From Hydrolagus colliei (Eukaryota): DNA of 64,000 bases. The notes beneath the pieces were generated by a model. The model was not told the DNA's origin, made no database searches, and saw only the letters and a list, made by a program, of their open reading frames with translations. A program made the position numbers and the translations under genes. The first letter of the stretch is position 1. Each line of letters starts with the position of its first letter. The stretch spans positions 2,294,001 to 2,358,000 of the forward strand of contig CM068760.1 in assembly GCA_035084275.1 (NCBI GenBank), in the 5' to 3' direction. Shown here piece after piece: positions 38,466 through 51,724 of this stretch.

Positions 38466-39399
38466 TCAAAGCCAAAGATTCACACCTCTGCATGTGTACA
38501 TGTTAATCTCTGGAGAGTGTGCGGGCGCGTGTGTATGTGTGTGCATATAATAATAATGTCAATAATATCAAATGGTCTAGCTTATCAGTCGTACTTTGAG
38601 GGGTAGACACGTCACTGGGGTAAAGGGAAAGACAACAACAACAACAACCTGCCCGTATATAGCGCCCTCCACACTGGGTAGCGTCTCAGAGACATGATAC
38701 AGGGGTCAGCATTCCTCTCATTCAGCAGTGGGTGCAGCTCACTTTCACTGCTTTGCGACTAAGGCCTGTGGGGTTTTGCAACAGATATAAATTCCTTGGT
38801 CCCACTGAGGTGACACAAGAGCAACAACCAGTGAAACACCATATAATTACACTAGTGTAATTCTATAAACAGGTCTCAGATTGATGCTGTGATGGAAGAC
38901 ATAACAGCCGCAACACAGTTGGTTTGTCTTTGATCCTCGCGGCAAGTCCGATATCTGACAGAACATCAGTCTCACCCTGTCTTTTAAGGGTTTGGTTGAA
39001 GTAAACTAATAAGTAAATTGTGACGTTTTGTCACCTTCTCCACTGTGCAGCGATGGAATAGTACTGAGAGAACCGTGAGACGCAAGGGGTGGCTGTTTGC
39101 ATATTTCCACGTTATGACAACCCTGAAATTTGGGTATTTGTGCAACTGGAACTTAAATGCTGCTTGCTCAGATCAGCACATATTAAGTACTGGTTCCCAG
39201 GCTCGTCAAACCAATTCTTATTTGTGCAGCATGGGAAAGAATGCTAGTACTTACACACACTCTGTGTTTGTGGCGATGTTACTTTTTTAAGAGGCAACAT
39301 TAATTCTTTTCCACTTTGATCAAATTTAGGTTTTAGCAATCAAACCGGAAAGGGTAAATTCAATTAAAGTAAAACGGAAGCAGTGCAGTGCTGTAAAAC

Positions 39400-39705
39400 C
39401 TTACATTTGACCCAGCGCCTTTCAGGTCGGCCTGATGTCCCAAAGTTTCTCTCGGGATATACAGTACTATAAAGTGACTATGTACCTTAATTTATGGGTG
39501 AACATGGCAGCCAATTTGCACACAGCAATGTCCCACAGACAATTTCCTTTGGGAGATTGTTGGCCAGAAACCTGGTGAAACTCCCTTCTCCTTTTTGAGC
39601 CATGTCATGGGATTTTTAACATCCAGCTGAACAGGTAGATGGGGTCTTGGCTTAATGTTTCATCCCCAATGCAGCACACCCCAGCATTATCAACACAATC
39701 TATAT
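39400..39705 (-). mobile_element. Older Deu-domain SINE remnant
   Basis: Reverse of TGGATGTTAAAAATCCCATGACA...TGGCCAACA...GCTGTGTGCAAATTGGCTGCC. Similar decayed remnants lie near 3510-3790, 10750-10870, 20870-21170, 30140-30445, 32540-32700, 41540-41745, 55110-55210 and 57960-58170. Confidence 0.7.
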
Positions 39706-39713
39706 GAGAACAC

Positions 39714-40038
39714 TGTGGAGCTCCTGAAACTCAGTGGTTAGAGCACTCGCCTTACAAGTGTGAAACCTGTGTTCGAATCCAGGCAGATCAGGGCCAAACC
39801 TTGGGCAGATTTCCTTACTCCACATGCCTAATAATAATCATTCCAAAAAAACCAACACAACAATAAATATTGATCATTTTCAATCCACGACTGTTTGTGG
39901 GACGCTGCTGTGCGCAATTGGCTGCCTCGTTTCGCCCACAAATATACAGTCAATTGACTTTACAGTATACCCTGTGAAGCTCTTTGAGACATCGATAAGA
40001 TGTGAAAAGCGCTGTATCAAATGCAAGGATTATTATTA
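39714..40038 (+). mobile_element. Near full-length copy of the same tRNA-derived SINE
   Basis: CTCAGTGGTTAGAGCACTCGCCTTACAAG...GTTCGAATCC head, same body and ATGCAAGGATTATTATTAT tail. Confidence 0.9.
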
Positions 40039-41866
40039 TGACATTATAACACAACAAGGGGTTTCAACCTTCTGTCTCAGAGGCAAGAGGGCTGTCAACT
40101 GAGCCAGGCTGCGACGTTCTGCTAAACTCTGCACAGCATGGTTTGGGGAACACTGTGTTGTAATTCTCCACTGGTGAGTGGATTTCAACTTATTTTGAAA
40201 CTTGCAAATCTATCCCTGAACTTTCGGCGCCTTGCTCGGCTTGTTCTGTTTGAATGCCTGGCTTGCAGAGAATTCATCCACATTGCACTGGGCGAGATAA
40301 GAGTACAATTACTTTTGCGTGGTTCAGATGAAACACGACGCAGGAGGGGCTGTCTGCAAAAGACACAATCAGCCAGGAAAACGAGACATCTAAAACGGTT
40401 CTGGTTTCTGCAGGGCAAGGGTGGGCAAAGCTGGTTACTTTGCAGACTCCCCAAGCAAAGTAAACCTGTTCAGGCAACTCAAGAGATGTACCGTACATTG
40501 GCAAAGGAACGAGGAACCTTTCCCCCACTTCAGTCACGTTAACGTATTTCCTTCACTCTGCTCCAGTGTCAGCAGGTTTTGCGCTTTGTATCAACAAATC
40601 GCGCACTGCATCCAGGGGTAGCCAACACTCGCGTTCCAGTTTATTGCCTTTTCTGTCACATTTCATTAGCGAAGGAGGATGCATCATGCAAATTTGGGTG
40701 TAGCTGTTAGACAATGTGCACACATGTGGCCTGCAGTGAGAAAGCGCTACTCAACTCAAAAGACACATACCAAAATAATCGACAACAGATGTCTTTGAAA
40801 GAATGCATCCATGTGATATACTTGCTGTAACCAGTTGTGCTGCTGAAATGGTTCCACCTTTCCACAATGAAAGCAACGTAAAGCTTTGCGGATTGACAGT
40901 GCAACAGCTACGATGCTCCCCGTCGTGGCACATAACCAAGGTTCCACTGCACATTCCCCTGTGAACATCTCTAAGTAGTTAAACTTCATCTGAGAGCAAC
41001 ATTTTCATTGTCTATTGACAGTTGACTTCAGGCCACTGGCTCCTGGTTGCGTTACTTTGCCAGATCAATCTCTCAGCTACAACACAAATAAATTCTTGAC
41101 ACGTCCCATGACATCAAGCTCGCAAGAAACTCAAGTAACACCAGTAAGACCTGAAGCTTTGATGATATAAATAGCTGCAGTTTGTAGTGAAACTCACTCT
41201 AGTAACCAGGTCGGGGTGTCCTTCACTGGCACTGCTCGGGAACATCAGAGTTTAACAAAGGATGGCAGCATCGCCAGGTCACATTGCTAAGACAATGATG
41301 TCAGAGCCCTGCCTCGCTTTGAGGATGCTTTGACTGAGTACAGAACATCTCATAGTTTAAAGACCACATTTTCTTGAAATGAATCTTACTTGAGTGAGTT
41401 TCTTGAATGAAAGACGTGGCTGAGCATCTGTCCGAATCGTGAGTAGACAGGCAGACAACAAACAGAAGCAACAGACAGAAGTGATGATCACTTAAACCCT
41501 GATCGCATAGGTTTAAATTCCTACAACACTATTTGAAAAGAGAAGGGAGTTTCTCCCTTAGGATTATCTAATCTTTCAGATAATTTGGCCAGTTGTTTAC
41601 GGAGCCTTGCCGTGTGAAAACTGGCTATATCACACAACTACACTCACTACGCTCGATAGCACATGACTCTGGAAGAACATTGCGACGTATTGAATGCATT
41701 GATATTGGTGTTATATCAAATGCAAAGCTTGTTTATAAGATTATTATAACAACAACAAAATTACATTTGTAGAACGCCTTTCACGTCGGGAGGACGTCCT
41801 GAGGCGCTGATTGTTATTATTATTACTATTACAGAAGCACTAAAGGGTTCCTGGAGAGAATCCTAC

Positions 41867-42097
41867 CTTCTCTGCCGCCTGCTCCAGTTCGGAAGTGCTC
41901 GCCCTCTGCATCTCCAACTTCATCCTCTCCATCTCGGCTTTCAGTTTGCTGATGTTTGCCTCATGCTCACGCAGCGCCTTCTGCTTCTCTTCCTCGCGCA
42001 GCAATCCCAGCTCCACCAGCTGCTGCTTACGCTGGGAGTTCACCAGGATCAGCTCCTCACGCAACTGGTGCACCTGAGCCTCCAACTCCGAGATGGT
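41867..42097 (-). CDS. CEP112: CEP112 coding exon (231 bp, TISELEAQVHQLREELILVNSQRKQQLVELGLLREEEKQK...AAEK)
   Basis: Acceptor ctctctgcag, donor AAG|gtagga. Contains the conserved NSQRKQQLVELGLLREEEKQ motif. Confidence 0.95.
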
Positions 42098-43141
42098 CTG
42101 CAGAGAGGAGCAGCGATGACAGAATTAACACAAGTGTGAACTTGGCTTCAATGTCTGTGCATGTAAGTCTCTGCAAGGACTCTCGTTACAGTGACTCCCC
42201 TCTCTCCACAGCAAATAAATACACACGACAGTCAGACACCTCCTAGTTACCTTGGTAATAAGGGACAGATTGAATCCCCTTGTTCTGGATTGTTTAACCA
42301 TTTTGAATATTTTATTGAGCCCCCCCACACCTAAAGTTAATATGAATTTACCCGGGCTCTGTAGCCAGGCAAGTCACCAGTGACCAACACCATCAGTTGT
42401 CTATTTTAATAATAAGCAACAATTTGCATTGATATCGCGGCCTCTGCGTGGGGCAGCGTCTCGGAGCGCTGAAGGATTGAATCAATTTTTGATACAAAAC
42501 ATTGAAGCAGTTGCTGACTTTACTAGGCCTAGAAAATGTGACATTTGTGGGTGAACGCACGGAGTAATCTGCTGCCAATAACCTCAGAAGCCAGCAATTT
42601 TGAGAGTGTTAGGCTTCCCGTGTTTTGATGTTTGTAGGGGATTTTCTGCGCTCGCTTTTAGCCAGGTTGTGCTGCAGCTAAATCCTGGCGTCCTGTCACT
42701 GTTGCCTGCACCTTGATTGAAACGGGAGTAAAATCAGGCCCCCAACACAATGATCAACCCCACTTGTGACATTGCAGAGATGACCCTGAGTTTAAGAAAG
42801 CGTAATTTTTTTAAAAAAGCAACGAGCAAACAAAAAAACAGCAAAGAAAGCATTGGAACAGGTGTGAGGAGACTGCCCGTTTTGCCACAAGGTTATTGGT
42901 GCAATCGAAAGAGATTTGAAATGTAACATTTAGAAATTCAGGTGCCATTTCAGGAAACATTTTTTCTTTATTTGATGGGAATCTGGTGGTGTTTTCCCCA
43001 GGGTAGTTAATATTCTGGATCCAATTTACCGTCAACTTTATCAACGCTAAGTAACAGTTGCACAGCTAAGGTATTTTGGCCCATTTGTTGCAAAATGAGT
43101 CAATGTTCCTTGCATTACCGTGGGTGGTGAAGAGGCCAGAG

Positions 43142-43195
43142 GATAGTCAAGACAGTCAAGATAGTCAAGATAGTCAAGAAGAGGCAAGACAGTCA
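43142..43195. repeat. 9-bp tandem repeat GATAGTCAA, 4 good and 2 degenerate copies
   Basis: Directly visible. Confidence 0.85.
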
Positions 43196-45756
43196 TACAC
43201 ACTTCCAACACCAGTGATTTCTCGATTGGATATTGCAGACACATTCAGTCTGGAACCAGTAGTCTTTCATAGCAGATTGGCATCTGATCATGAGAGGTTG
43301 AGGATTAGTCCTTCTAAAATGTTCCAGTTTATTTGATGTCAGATACAACACTGTACAGGGAAGGCCAGCTTTCCAGGTTCTTGGAGAGAAATGCTTCCAC
43401 CAAGAGTAAGTTACACTCTTAAATTTTACAATGTATTCTGTGAAAGCTCTTTGAGACGTCTCAACGACAAAATAGGGTGTTACACCAAATGCAAGGATTA
43501 TTATTATTGTTGTTGTTGTTGTTAAAGAAGTAGGAAGACTGTTTGTGGAGACCCAGACTAGTTGATTAATATCCAGTGGCAGCTGAGATCCAGGCCCAAC
43601 AAGCTATCTCAATGTTGTGCTCAGAAGCAGTCATGTTTTGTCTTAGAAGAGAGGTCTCATGCTGATAGGCTAATATCGCATGATAAATGCCAGTCCATAG
43701 CTGGAGCTTATTGCCCCACTGCAACCATTTTGCATAGTGAATTATACAATACAATATATACAATATGGCCCAGTTTGAATACACTACACAAAACTTCTTT
43801 AAGATGTGCTACAATGTTGAGCTGACACTATAAGAAAGGGGAAAAACTCCACGATACGCAGAAAAGAAAAGCTATTAATAACGTAAAGAGAACTCTTATC
43901 CTATTGCACCAGGAGGTGAGGTACACTATGTAAGCAGTCAGCAAAACAATTACAAAGAATTCTCAGAGCTAAGCTCCCAACCAGCTGGCGTGAGGTGGAA
44001 GAAAACAAACCGACAACACATTCACATCAGAATTTATAAGCATCTCACGAGGCAACATTTTAAAACACAACTCTTCCAATCATTTAGATGAGCACAGTTC
44101 AAAATCTCCAAGAGTGTTTATACGAGGCAGAGATGACCCAAAACAGAAGAGAATTTAATCATTATCCCTTGTTGACTGGCCATCTAATGACCACTAAAAG
44201 TCAGATCATTCTACCACATATTCAATTCGAGGCTGGTCTGGCAGTGTTCCGAATTCACTAATAGGTACTATGGCTCTGCACGGTATTTGTGTGCAGTAAA
44301 GATCCCAGATCAGTATTCCCTCAGGAGAAGGAATAAATTGAACAGAGATATCGTCGGCACATTTTTTTTTAAAGTGATACATGAAAGACACATAGACTTT
44401 ATAGGCTGTTGTTCACTTCTATTAAATATTTTACAGGGGGCTTTAAATTTTTTCTTATTGCATCGGGTTCATCTGCAGGACAACAAAATTATTATCATAA
44501 CTTCAGAAACGCTCAGCTATCATTAATTTATTTGGCAAAATTTAAAGAAGATGGTAAAGAACCGCGCCTGGCTTAATATCCAAGTGAACCAGTTGTCCTA
44601 TACCTGCACGTCCTACAGTGACATGTATATTGAATACAAATTAGAAGCTGAACCTTATATCTGTGTTGCAGTTCTCATTTTCAATTTGAATACTGTACTG
44701 CAATCTTAAGTCTCAGGTGGATAAAAGGAACGCATCTTTCTGAATATCAGCTAATGCCACATTTGCAAGTCTTGAGGAGATCAGTGTGCATAAGATCATT
44801 TCTAGCAAGCTATATGTGAATTGCTTTGTACTGTTCCACTGATGGAAACTATTCCTGGTTTGGGATTAAACCCTTTTCATCATAAAGCCCCATCTGGTCC
44901 TGGGTCCACGTCAGTCAAACCTTTCCCTTTAAACTTGCTGCTTTGATTCCAGATCAATTTATTCAACCGCATTTGTGTGACTCAATGAAAGGACAGCATC
45001 ATTTAAACCAAAAGTATTTCCTTCATGTAATGACCATAATTAAAAACAATGGTTATGAAGGAATAAAAACAGGATAATATTTTTGATAGTGCTTCAAAGG
45101 CTGACAGCTGTCAGTGGCCTTGAAGATGCTAATCAGAAATGGAACAAGAAGTTCCCATTAAGGGCTGTGTCTGGGAAACAAGTCAGCTTATAATGAAATA
45201 AACCATCTCAGACACATCCTTGTGTTTGCAATCTGTCAGGATATGTATTTTCCTGTTTATTGTGTGCCATATTAACTGTTCAGCAGACAACACATTTTGC
45301 AAGGAGACTAGAAAGGAATGCTTTGATATTGTCACATTCTTTGACTATCACGTTACATGTTTTTCTATAATTATCACACATTGGTACAGGAAAGCAACAC
45401 ACAGGAAACCTAGATCTTTTGACACACAGCATTGCACACGCGGTTAAGGAAGAGTAGAGGTTAGGAGTATTTCGGGGAAGGATTTGTTGGTTTACAACAT
45501 TTAAATCGGATGACTTGAAAAGAATGAATGAATTCCAATCATCAAGAGAAGCGATGCCTCCCAAACCAGAGATGTTTGGAACAATAATTATGTAGATTTT
45601 GGACAATTCTCATTTCTCCTGACGTGGGACAGGAGTGGGCTGTTTTCTCATGTCTTCTCAAAAGGACCTTCCTCACGGGCAAGCTTATAGAGTGAGTGAC
45701 ACCATATTATTTATTCCATCGTAGGTGGCAAAGGCAGCCAAGCCTGACCCTGCGTG

Positions 45757-45900
45757 AATAAGAATAAGAATCCTCGCTTTTGATATAGCGCATTATCACG
45801 TCATAGAGACGTCTCAAAGCACTTCACAGAACTTCACAGAACATGACGTAAAGTGAATTGACTGTGTGTTTTGTGGGCAAAACATGGCACCCAATTGACA
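45757..45900 (-). mobile_element. 3' fragment of the young SINE
   Basis: Family tail and body, with a local ACTTCACAGA duplication. Confidence 0.7.
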
Positions 45901-47930
45901 CCTGAAGTGTCCTTCATTTTAATCACAAGAAGGAGATTGACTAGTCTGTCCCCCCACTGTAGCCCGAGTTAACTTCAGCCAATGTTAGTATTGTACCTTA
46001 ACTGCTGTCCCATCTGAGATCAGTTGTCAGAACTGAAATGTGAGTCCCTTTGGGGTGTATCTCTTAGCTCTACACCATGAGGTACCTTTTCCCACTACAA
46101 CAACAACAAAGACAGGCTGATGCTTTAGAGAAATTGTATGTGAAGGAAAGGGTAGGTGCCAACAGCAAAGCCTTGGGAATGATTGGGAAAACGGTGGAAT
46201 GGAGGTAGCATCACCTTTCCCAAGGCCTCACTTCTGTATCCTTTTGTTCAAATATACAGAAGGGAGTTTCTATTGGAGACTTGGTCAAAAACCTTCAAGT
46301 TCAGAAGAGGGAATTATGTTACAGCACGTGGTAAATATGTGAAACAGCCTAACCAGGGACGGGATAGAAATCAAGTCAGCAAATTCAGGAGAGAATTAGA
46401 TAGCTACTTGGTGAAGAATTCAATTGATAGGAGAGAAAAGCAACAACAACTAAATTACACTTGTACAGCGCCTTTCACGTCAGAAGAACGTCCCAAGAAT
46501 AAGTTTTTCACACTGGGACTGACCAGATGGGACTACTGTACAATGGTCACTTCTACACTGTCTACAATATAAAGATACCAGGATATCTCAATCAAGAACA
46601 GGGGAACACATAATGGGGTCCACACAATGCAGGATGGAGCAATGCAACACAATCTCCATACATTGGGTTTCACATCTTATAGCAATATTCGCCAGAAGGA
46701 GGCCAGGTGTTTTTCAACCACATGGCGAGAGAAATCAGAGGAAAGAGAGCATCTGTGCACCATACCCTGGCAAATAGTCACCGCCTCCAGGACAAGGTGA
46801 ACATTGGAGGGAAAGGAATAATAATGATTTCTTAGTGAGTTTATCTGGAGCAGGGAGGCAGTGGGTAAGTCCTGCGACCGAGACTAACGTGATAATAGAG
46901 TCCTAATCTCTGCAGCTGAGGGCTTCATTCCCATATGCATAAAAAAACGCAATTGCACGGCTTACTGCATGCACTGGTGTTGTAAAGGTAAGTTTCTTAC
47001 AGAAACAATGCTTTCAAAAAGATCGAAACGGTGAGTTAAATGCAGAATTAAGCATTTTAGTTAGCAGATGAAAGAGACTGAAGACTATTTACAAACATTG
47101 GTTGCTATAGTAAATTTCCACAACCACAAGTGATCAAGGTTTGTTTCCTAGTTAAAATTATTTCACTCCATGGAAAATGTTTTATTTGAATACACGGTTT
47201 GCCCTGAAAACCATTTGTCCTCTGTCAGCACCTTATCATCATCTGGTCATCTGCTAACCTCCACTGGCGGAGGTGGTGAAGGAAAGAGCTTGATTGTGAT
47301 TATTGATCATTCACTGAAACTTTTCACAGTAAAGTTAATCAGGTTTTCGCTCAACTGCTTTCAGCAATTGAGATTACTTCCTAGCTTTTCCTTCCAGTTC
47401 ACCCTCTTTACACGAAGGATCAGTCTTGTTGCTCGCAGTGTGGTCTTCCTAGTGCTTTGTGGAACAAGAGACCTGTGCTCTGTATAGCCTTAACCTATGA
47501 GGAGAAGCTTGCAGTAGCTGAACTTGCTTCATTGGAAGAAAGATCGAAACAGAGCGTTTAAGGTTTATAAAGGGCTGATCGGCACAGTAAGTAGGATAGT
47601 TGCAAACATACATTATTGTATTTGTGAGTACAACGCAGGTCCAATGAGATACCTCGAAGAGTTCAAAAAACAACTGGTTCAGCTCATATTGTGAGCTAGC
47701 TGGCCATCGCCAGAAGGAACCAAACCTCAGGGAAGGTTTACTGTTTCTTCAATGACCAATGAATCCTCTTCAGAAACCATCGCAGATGGGAAATTATCGG
47801 AGGTTCTGATGCAACTCCTTCCTGTGTTAACTATTTGTAGATGAGTACCTAAAGCCTAGACACCCTAGATATAAACAGAATCAAAGGGCGATAAACATTT
47901 CAAATCTAGAAAGAGTCAATTTAATAAATA

Positions 47931-48265
47931 GTAATAATAATCCTTGCATTTGATATAGTGCTTTATCACATCTTCGAGATGTCTCAAGGCACTTCACAGA
48001 ACATACTGTAAAGTGAATTGAATGTGTTTTTTTGAGTGAAACGTGGCAATAGTTTTGGATTGAGTGGATCATTATTTTTTATTACTAAGTATTATTATTT
48101 ATAATTACTATTACCCTCACCAATTGACTAACAACTAAGTTCCTACTATTGCTAGGTAAACAGAGACGTGTGGAGTGAGGAAACTTGCCCAACGTTAAGC
48201 CCTGCCCAGAAATCGAACCCAGGTCCTCTTGGTTGTGAGGCAACCACTGTACCAGAGGACTCCAC
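47931..48265 (-). mobile_element. SINE variant B copy
   Basis: GTGGAGTCC start, GGTTCGATT B box, CTCTGTTTACCTAGCA segment and family tail. Confidence 0.8.
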
Positions 48266-51244
48266 TTCTTTAAGTTTCATCGGCACAGTTGGGGGCTTGG
48301 AGCTGGTTAAACACGAGGTGTTGCCTCTTCAACCTCTTCTCCACTGCGACACACTTAGAATGTCATTATAACCAAATTAACCTTCCTTTACCTCAAACAT
48401 TTCCGATCCCTAAATAATCTTTGCTTTGGATTAAAAAGGATCAGTTTTACCGTAATTTCTCTCAATTATTCAATGTGTCCAGTTCCTAGCTCACCAGCTA
48501 CATGCGGAGGTCAGGATTAGTGTTAGACATGAAGACAACCGATTTTAAATCCATAAGATTGACTTTTACAACCTAAAAGCATCAGAATTTCCAAACGAGC
48601 GAGGATGCCACTATCAAAGTAAAGCAGCTTTGAAATTCCCTGACAGCATGCAAATAGGTTAATTAAAGACACTCTGCTACATCTGCTGACACCTGGCATG
48701 GACTGAGCGGCGTGGCGTGGACAAAACCTCTATGGACCGTGAAATATGGGTAGCTTTGGTAGTTGGAGAAAGTTTAATAAGCCCAATTTGAGGAAGGATC
48801 AACGCACATGTATTCTGCCCAAGTTGAGAATGGGCACAATCAAAGGACAAAATCGAACACCGACTGTGTTGATTTTCAAATCTATTCTCAATCTTTGAAA
48901 ACAATTTACATTCCTAAATTGAATAATTGTATCTTTTGAGTTTAAAAAAAATTCATATTGTAAATTTCTTTTGTGAAAAAAGTCAATCAAATACATTGAC
49001 CATCATCGAGGCATGCATCAGTCACATTCCACAGTCTTCAAGTCGAAATACTCTTCATCCAAATCAGATTTCAATTTTATCTGAAGAATGATCAAATAGA
49101 CCTCTGAAAATGCTGGAACACTGAAGAATTCCTCAGTATTTCTCAATTCCTGGAGGCAAACAGGCAAAGCTCAAGAGATGACTAGTTTTTGGTATACAGT
49201 ATATAGGATCCTTTTTTTTCAACAAAAAACAGATTTGAATTAAATATTTTACTTTGATGTTCTGTAGTGTTAAATAAATGAGATTATTTTAATAATGCAA
49301 TACACCACAAACCCCCCAAAATGACTGTAGCATTGAGAAGTGGCAGAGTCCATGTTTTCCACCCGCTAGCATTGTGAAACTGGAGATTAGTCATCCAAAG
49401 GACAAATTCTCAGCTCCTCAAACGACTAGCGCAAAGAAACCATCTTCTCACCCTAAAGATAATTTGCTAGTTTAGGGCATTTGTCTGCTGCTTGCGGAGA
49501 AGCAAAATGGCTTTTGGTGTTGCACTGATCTGTTCCCTCTGTAAAATTACTTCCCAGTAAACATCTGAAGTTCCTTTTGCCATTTCATCAAAGACATGTT
49601 TGGTAGTGGTTCACGCAAATTGTTCAGACATATCCAACCCTACGATGGCTCCGAGTTACCCGGTGCTCTGGGAATGCAGGTTGCTTCACTGCGGTTCAGC
49701 AATTTGAACATGGTCTCTTTACCGATGTTGAAAATGACTATAGCTCCTGCCCGGGCGGCTTGAACAATCAGATCCAGGCACTCGGTAAAACCTAACGGGA
49801 TTAGCGTATGATGATGGTTTCTTTTCTGGGCTCCTTCTCCTCCAGCAATGCTAAAGGGTACAATCAACAGAAATCAGGTGTGGGTGATGCCAAGAAAAGA
49901 AGCCACCCAGGTAAATTGTACGGCCCTTCACATTGCTTCTCAGGCCATCTCGGCAAACCACAGAGGGAGCCGTCCATATATATCAGTTTGCTATCTGTGT
50001 CCTGTACGGTTGCTAGATAGTATGGTTGTGCTCAATTTATTTAATTGATAAAAAAAAAATATTTGGTTTAAAATGGTATTGTATTAATTAGGTGGTCTAG
50101 GCTCTAGCATGCAATTGTCGCTAACTCAAGCAAGATCTGATTGAATTAATACAAAACAAATTGTGTGTTGAAAAACTTATATCTATTTTTAATCCTCGAA
50201 CCACTGTAAGGAATTCAACATCAGAGGAAAGCATGTCATCAATTTTTAGCGTCCTCCTGACTTTGTTTTAATGTATGATACGCGTGCACCCATCCTCTTT
50301 CACTTGGGTCCTCCCGAGATTGAGGTAACTGATTTTCCTCCCGTAAAGTGTCGATCTTCTTTGTCCAGTTTCAATGTTGCAGACATGGCCGCGGAGAGCG
50401 AATGTTAGCCCGCCGCACCCGCTCCCTTAATCTTTCTGCAGTAAGTCCCTGCCAGGGCTCCACCGCTCTTGCTGATCGAATTGGGTTTCACTACTCAAAA
50501 ACACAACCCATCTGAAAGTTTTTTTTTCCCCCAAGAAAGAAAAAGCTCAGAACTAATCTAAATCATTTTCCATGCTGACAATGCACATTTCATCCGTACG
50601 TTTGATGCTTCAAATGTGTCCACAGCTGGGGGTTATTCTGTCAAATGGCTTCCAACAGTGACTGTTACTTCAAGGATTGGGAAGGGGAGGGGTTGTGGGG
50701 GGTGAGATGAAATATAACAAAAATAACAGTGAAAGGGGAGAGAAACATTTCTAAACCTTGTAAATTCAATAACTCTCACGGTCAGCCGTCCAGGAGTTGC
50801 AAAAATGAGGGGCGGGGGTTTCTTAAAAAAGATGGTGCATGGCATCCCACAGAGCAAAGTCAAAATACATAATAAAAAAACGTGGGTTTTCGACTCGCGC
50901 ATAATCACATAAAGCCCAAATGCAATTCCCAATTTATGGAAGAAATCCAAAATAATAGGAGCGTGACTCCAGGTGAAAGTGAAAGGCCAAATTTATCGCA
51001 TCAGGGGACATTTTAAAGCTGGCAACCTGCAGTTTTCGCAGATTAAATCTTATTTATCCCCCATACAGCATTAACAGAACCGTACGCAGAGCTAATTCAC
51101 TCCACCCAGAAATCGGCGCTCGAGCAGACAATTCCAACCCTCGCCGAAGCGCATGACATAATCGCTGCATTGATATAAATTCGCAAGTAAAACCCCCTTC
51201 AGTAAAGGACAAAAAAAAAAAATTCCCATCAGCCATTTTTTCAC

Positions 51245-51427
51245 CTGAGTGTCTTGCTTCCTCAGTTGCCTGGTCTGGTTTTCGTGTTCCACTATGGCGG
51301 CACGAAGCTGCTTCTCGAGGTTGTCGATCTCCCGTTGGTGCTCTCGGACCAGGCTGTCCTTTTCCGCGCTGTGCTGCTGGAATAGGTACGTCTTCTCCTG
51401 CTCATGCTCCAGCTTCAGTTCCACCAT
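51245..51427 (-). CDS. CEP112: CEP112 coding exon (183 bp, MVELKLEHEQEK...RKQDTQ)
   Basis: Part of ORF 51092..51427. Acceptor cccaatcag, donor CAG|gtgaaa. Matches IVELKLEHEQEKTHLLQQHNAEKDSLVRDHEREIENLEKQLRAA. Confidence 0.94.
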
Positions 51428-51624
51428 CTGATTGGGCGATGAAGAGTGCCGTTCATCAATACCACATCACCGTTACCATGACAACACTCCGTCCGCTGCA
51501 TTTTATTGCCCCCTTTTCTCCTCATCTTTTTCCTCCTAAACTCATCAATTTTCCAAAAAAAAAGTCCCCATCGCTAAACATGATTGCTACGTCACCATTG
51601 CACCGCTGCTCTACAGTAGTTAAC

Positions 51625-51724
51625 CTCCCCGCTCTCCCCGCCCCCCCCCCACCACCACCTCCCTCCCCACCACCACCTCCCCCCACACCACCACCTCCCC
51701 CCCCACCACCACCTCCCCCTCCCC
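51625..51724. repeat. C-rich minisatellite of CCACCACCACCTCCCC-like units
   Basis: Directly visible; it produces the spurious poly-Pro and poly-Gly ORFs. Confidence 0.9.

Noticed and set aside
40138-40621. Overlapping ORFs on both strands, with basic residues
   Set aside because: No recognisable homology or exon signals, so most likely chance ORFs.
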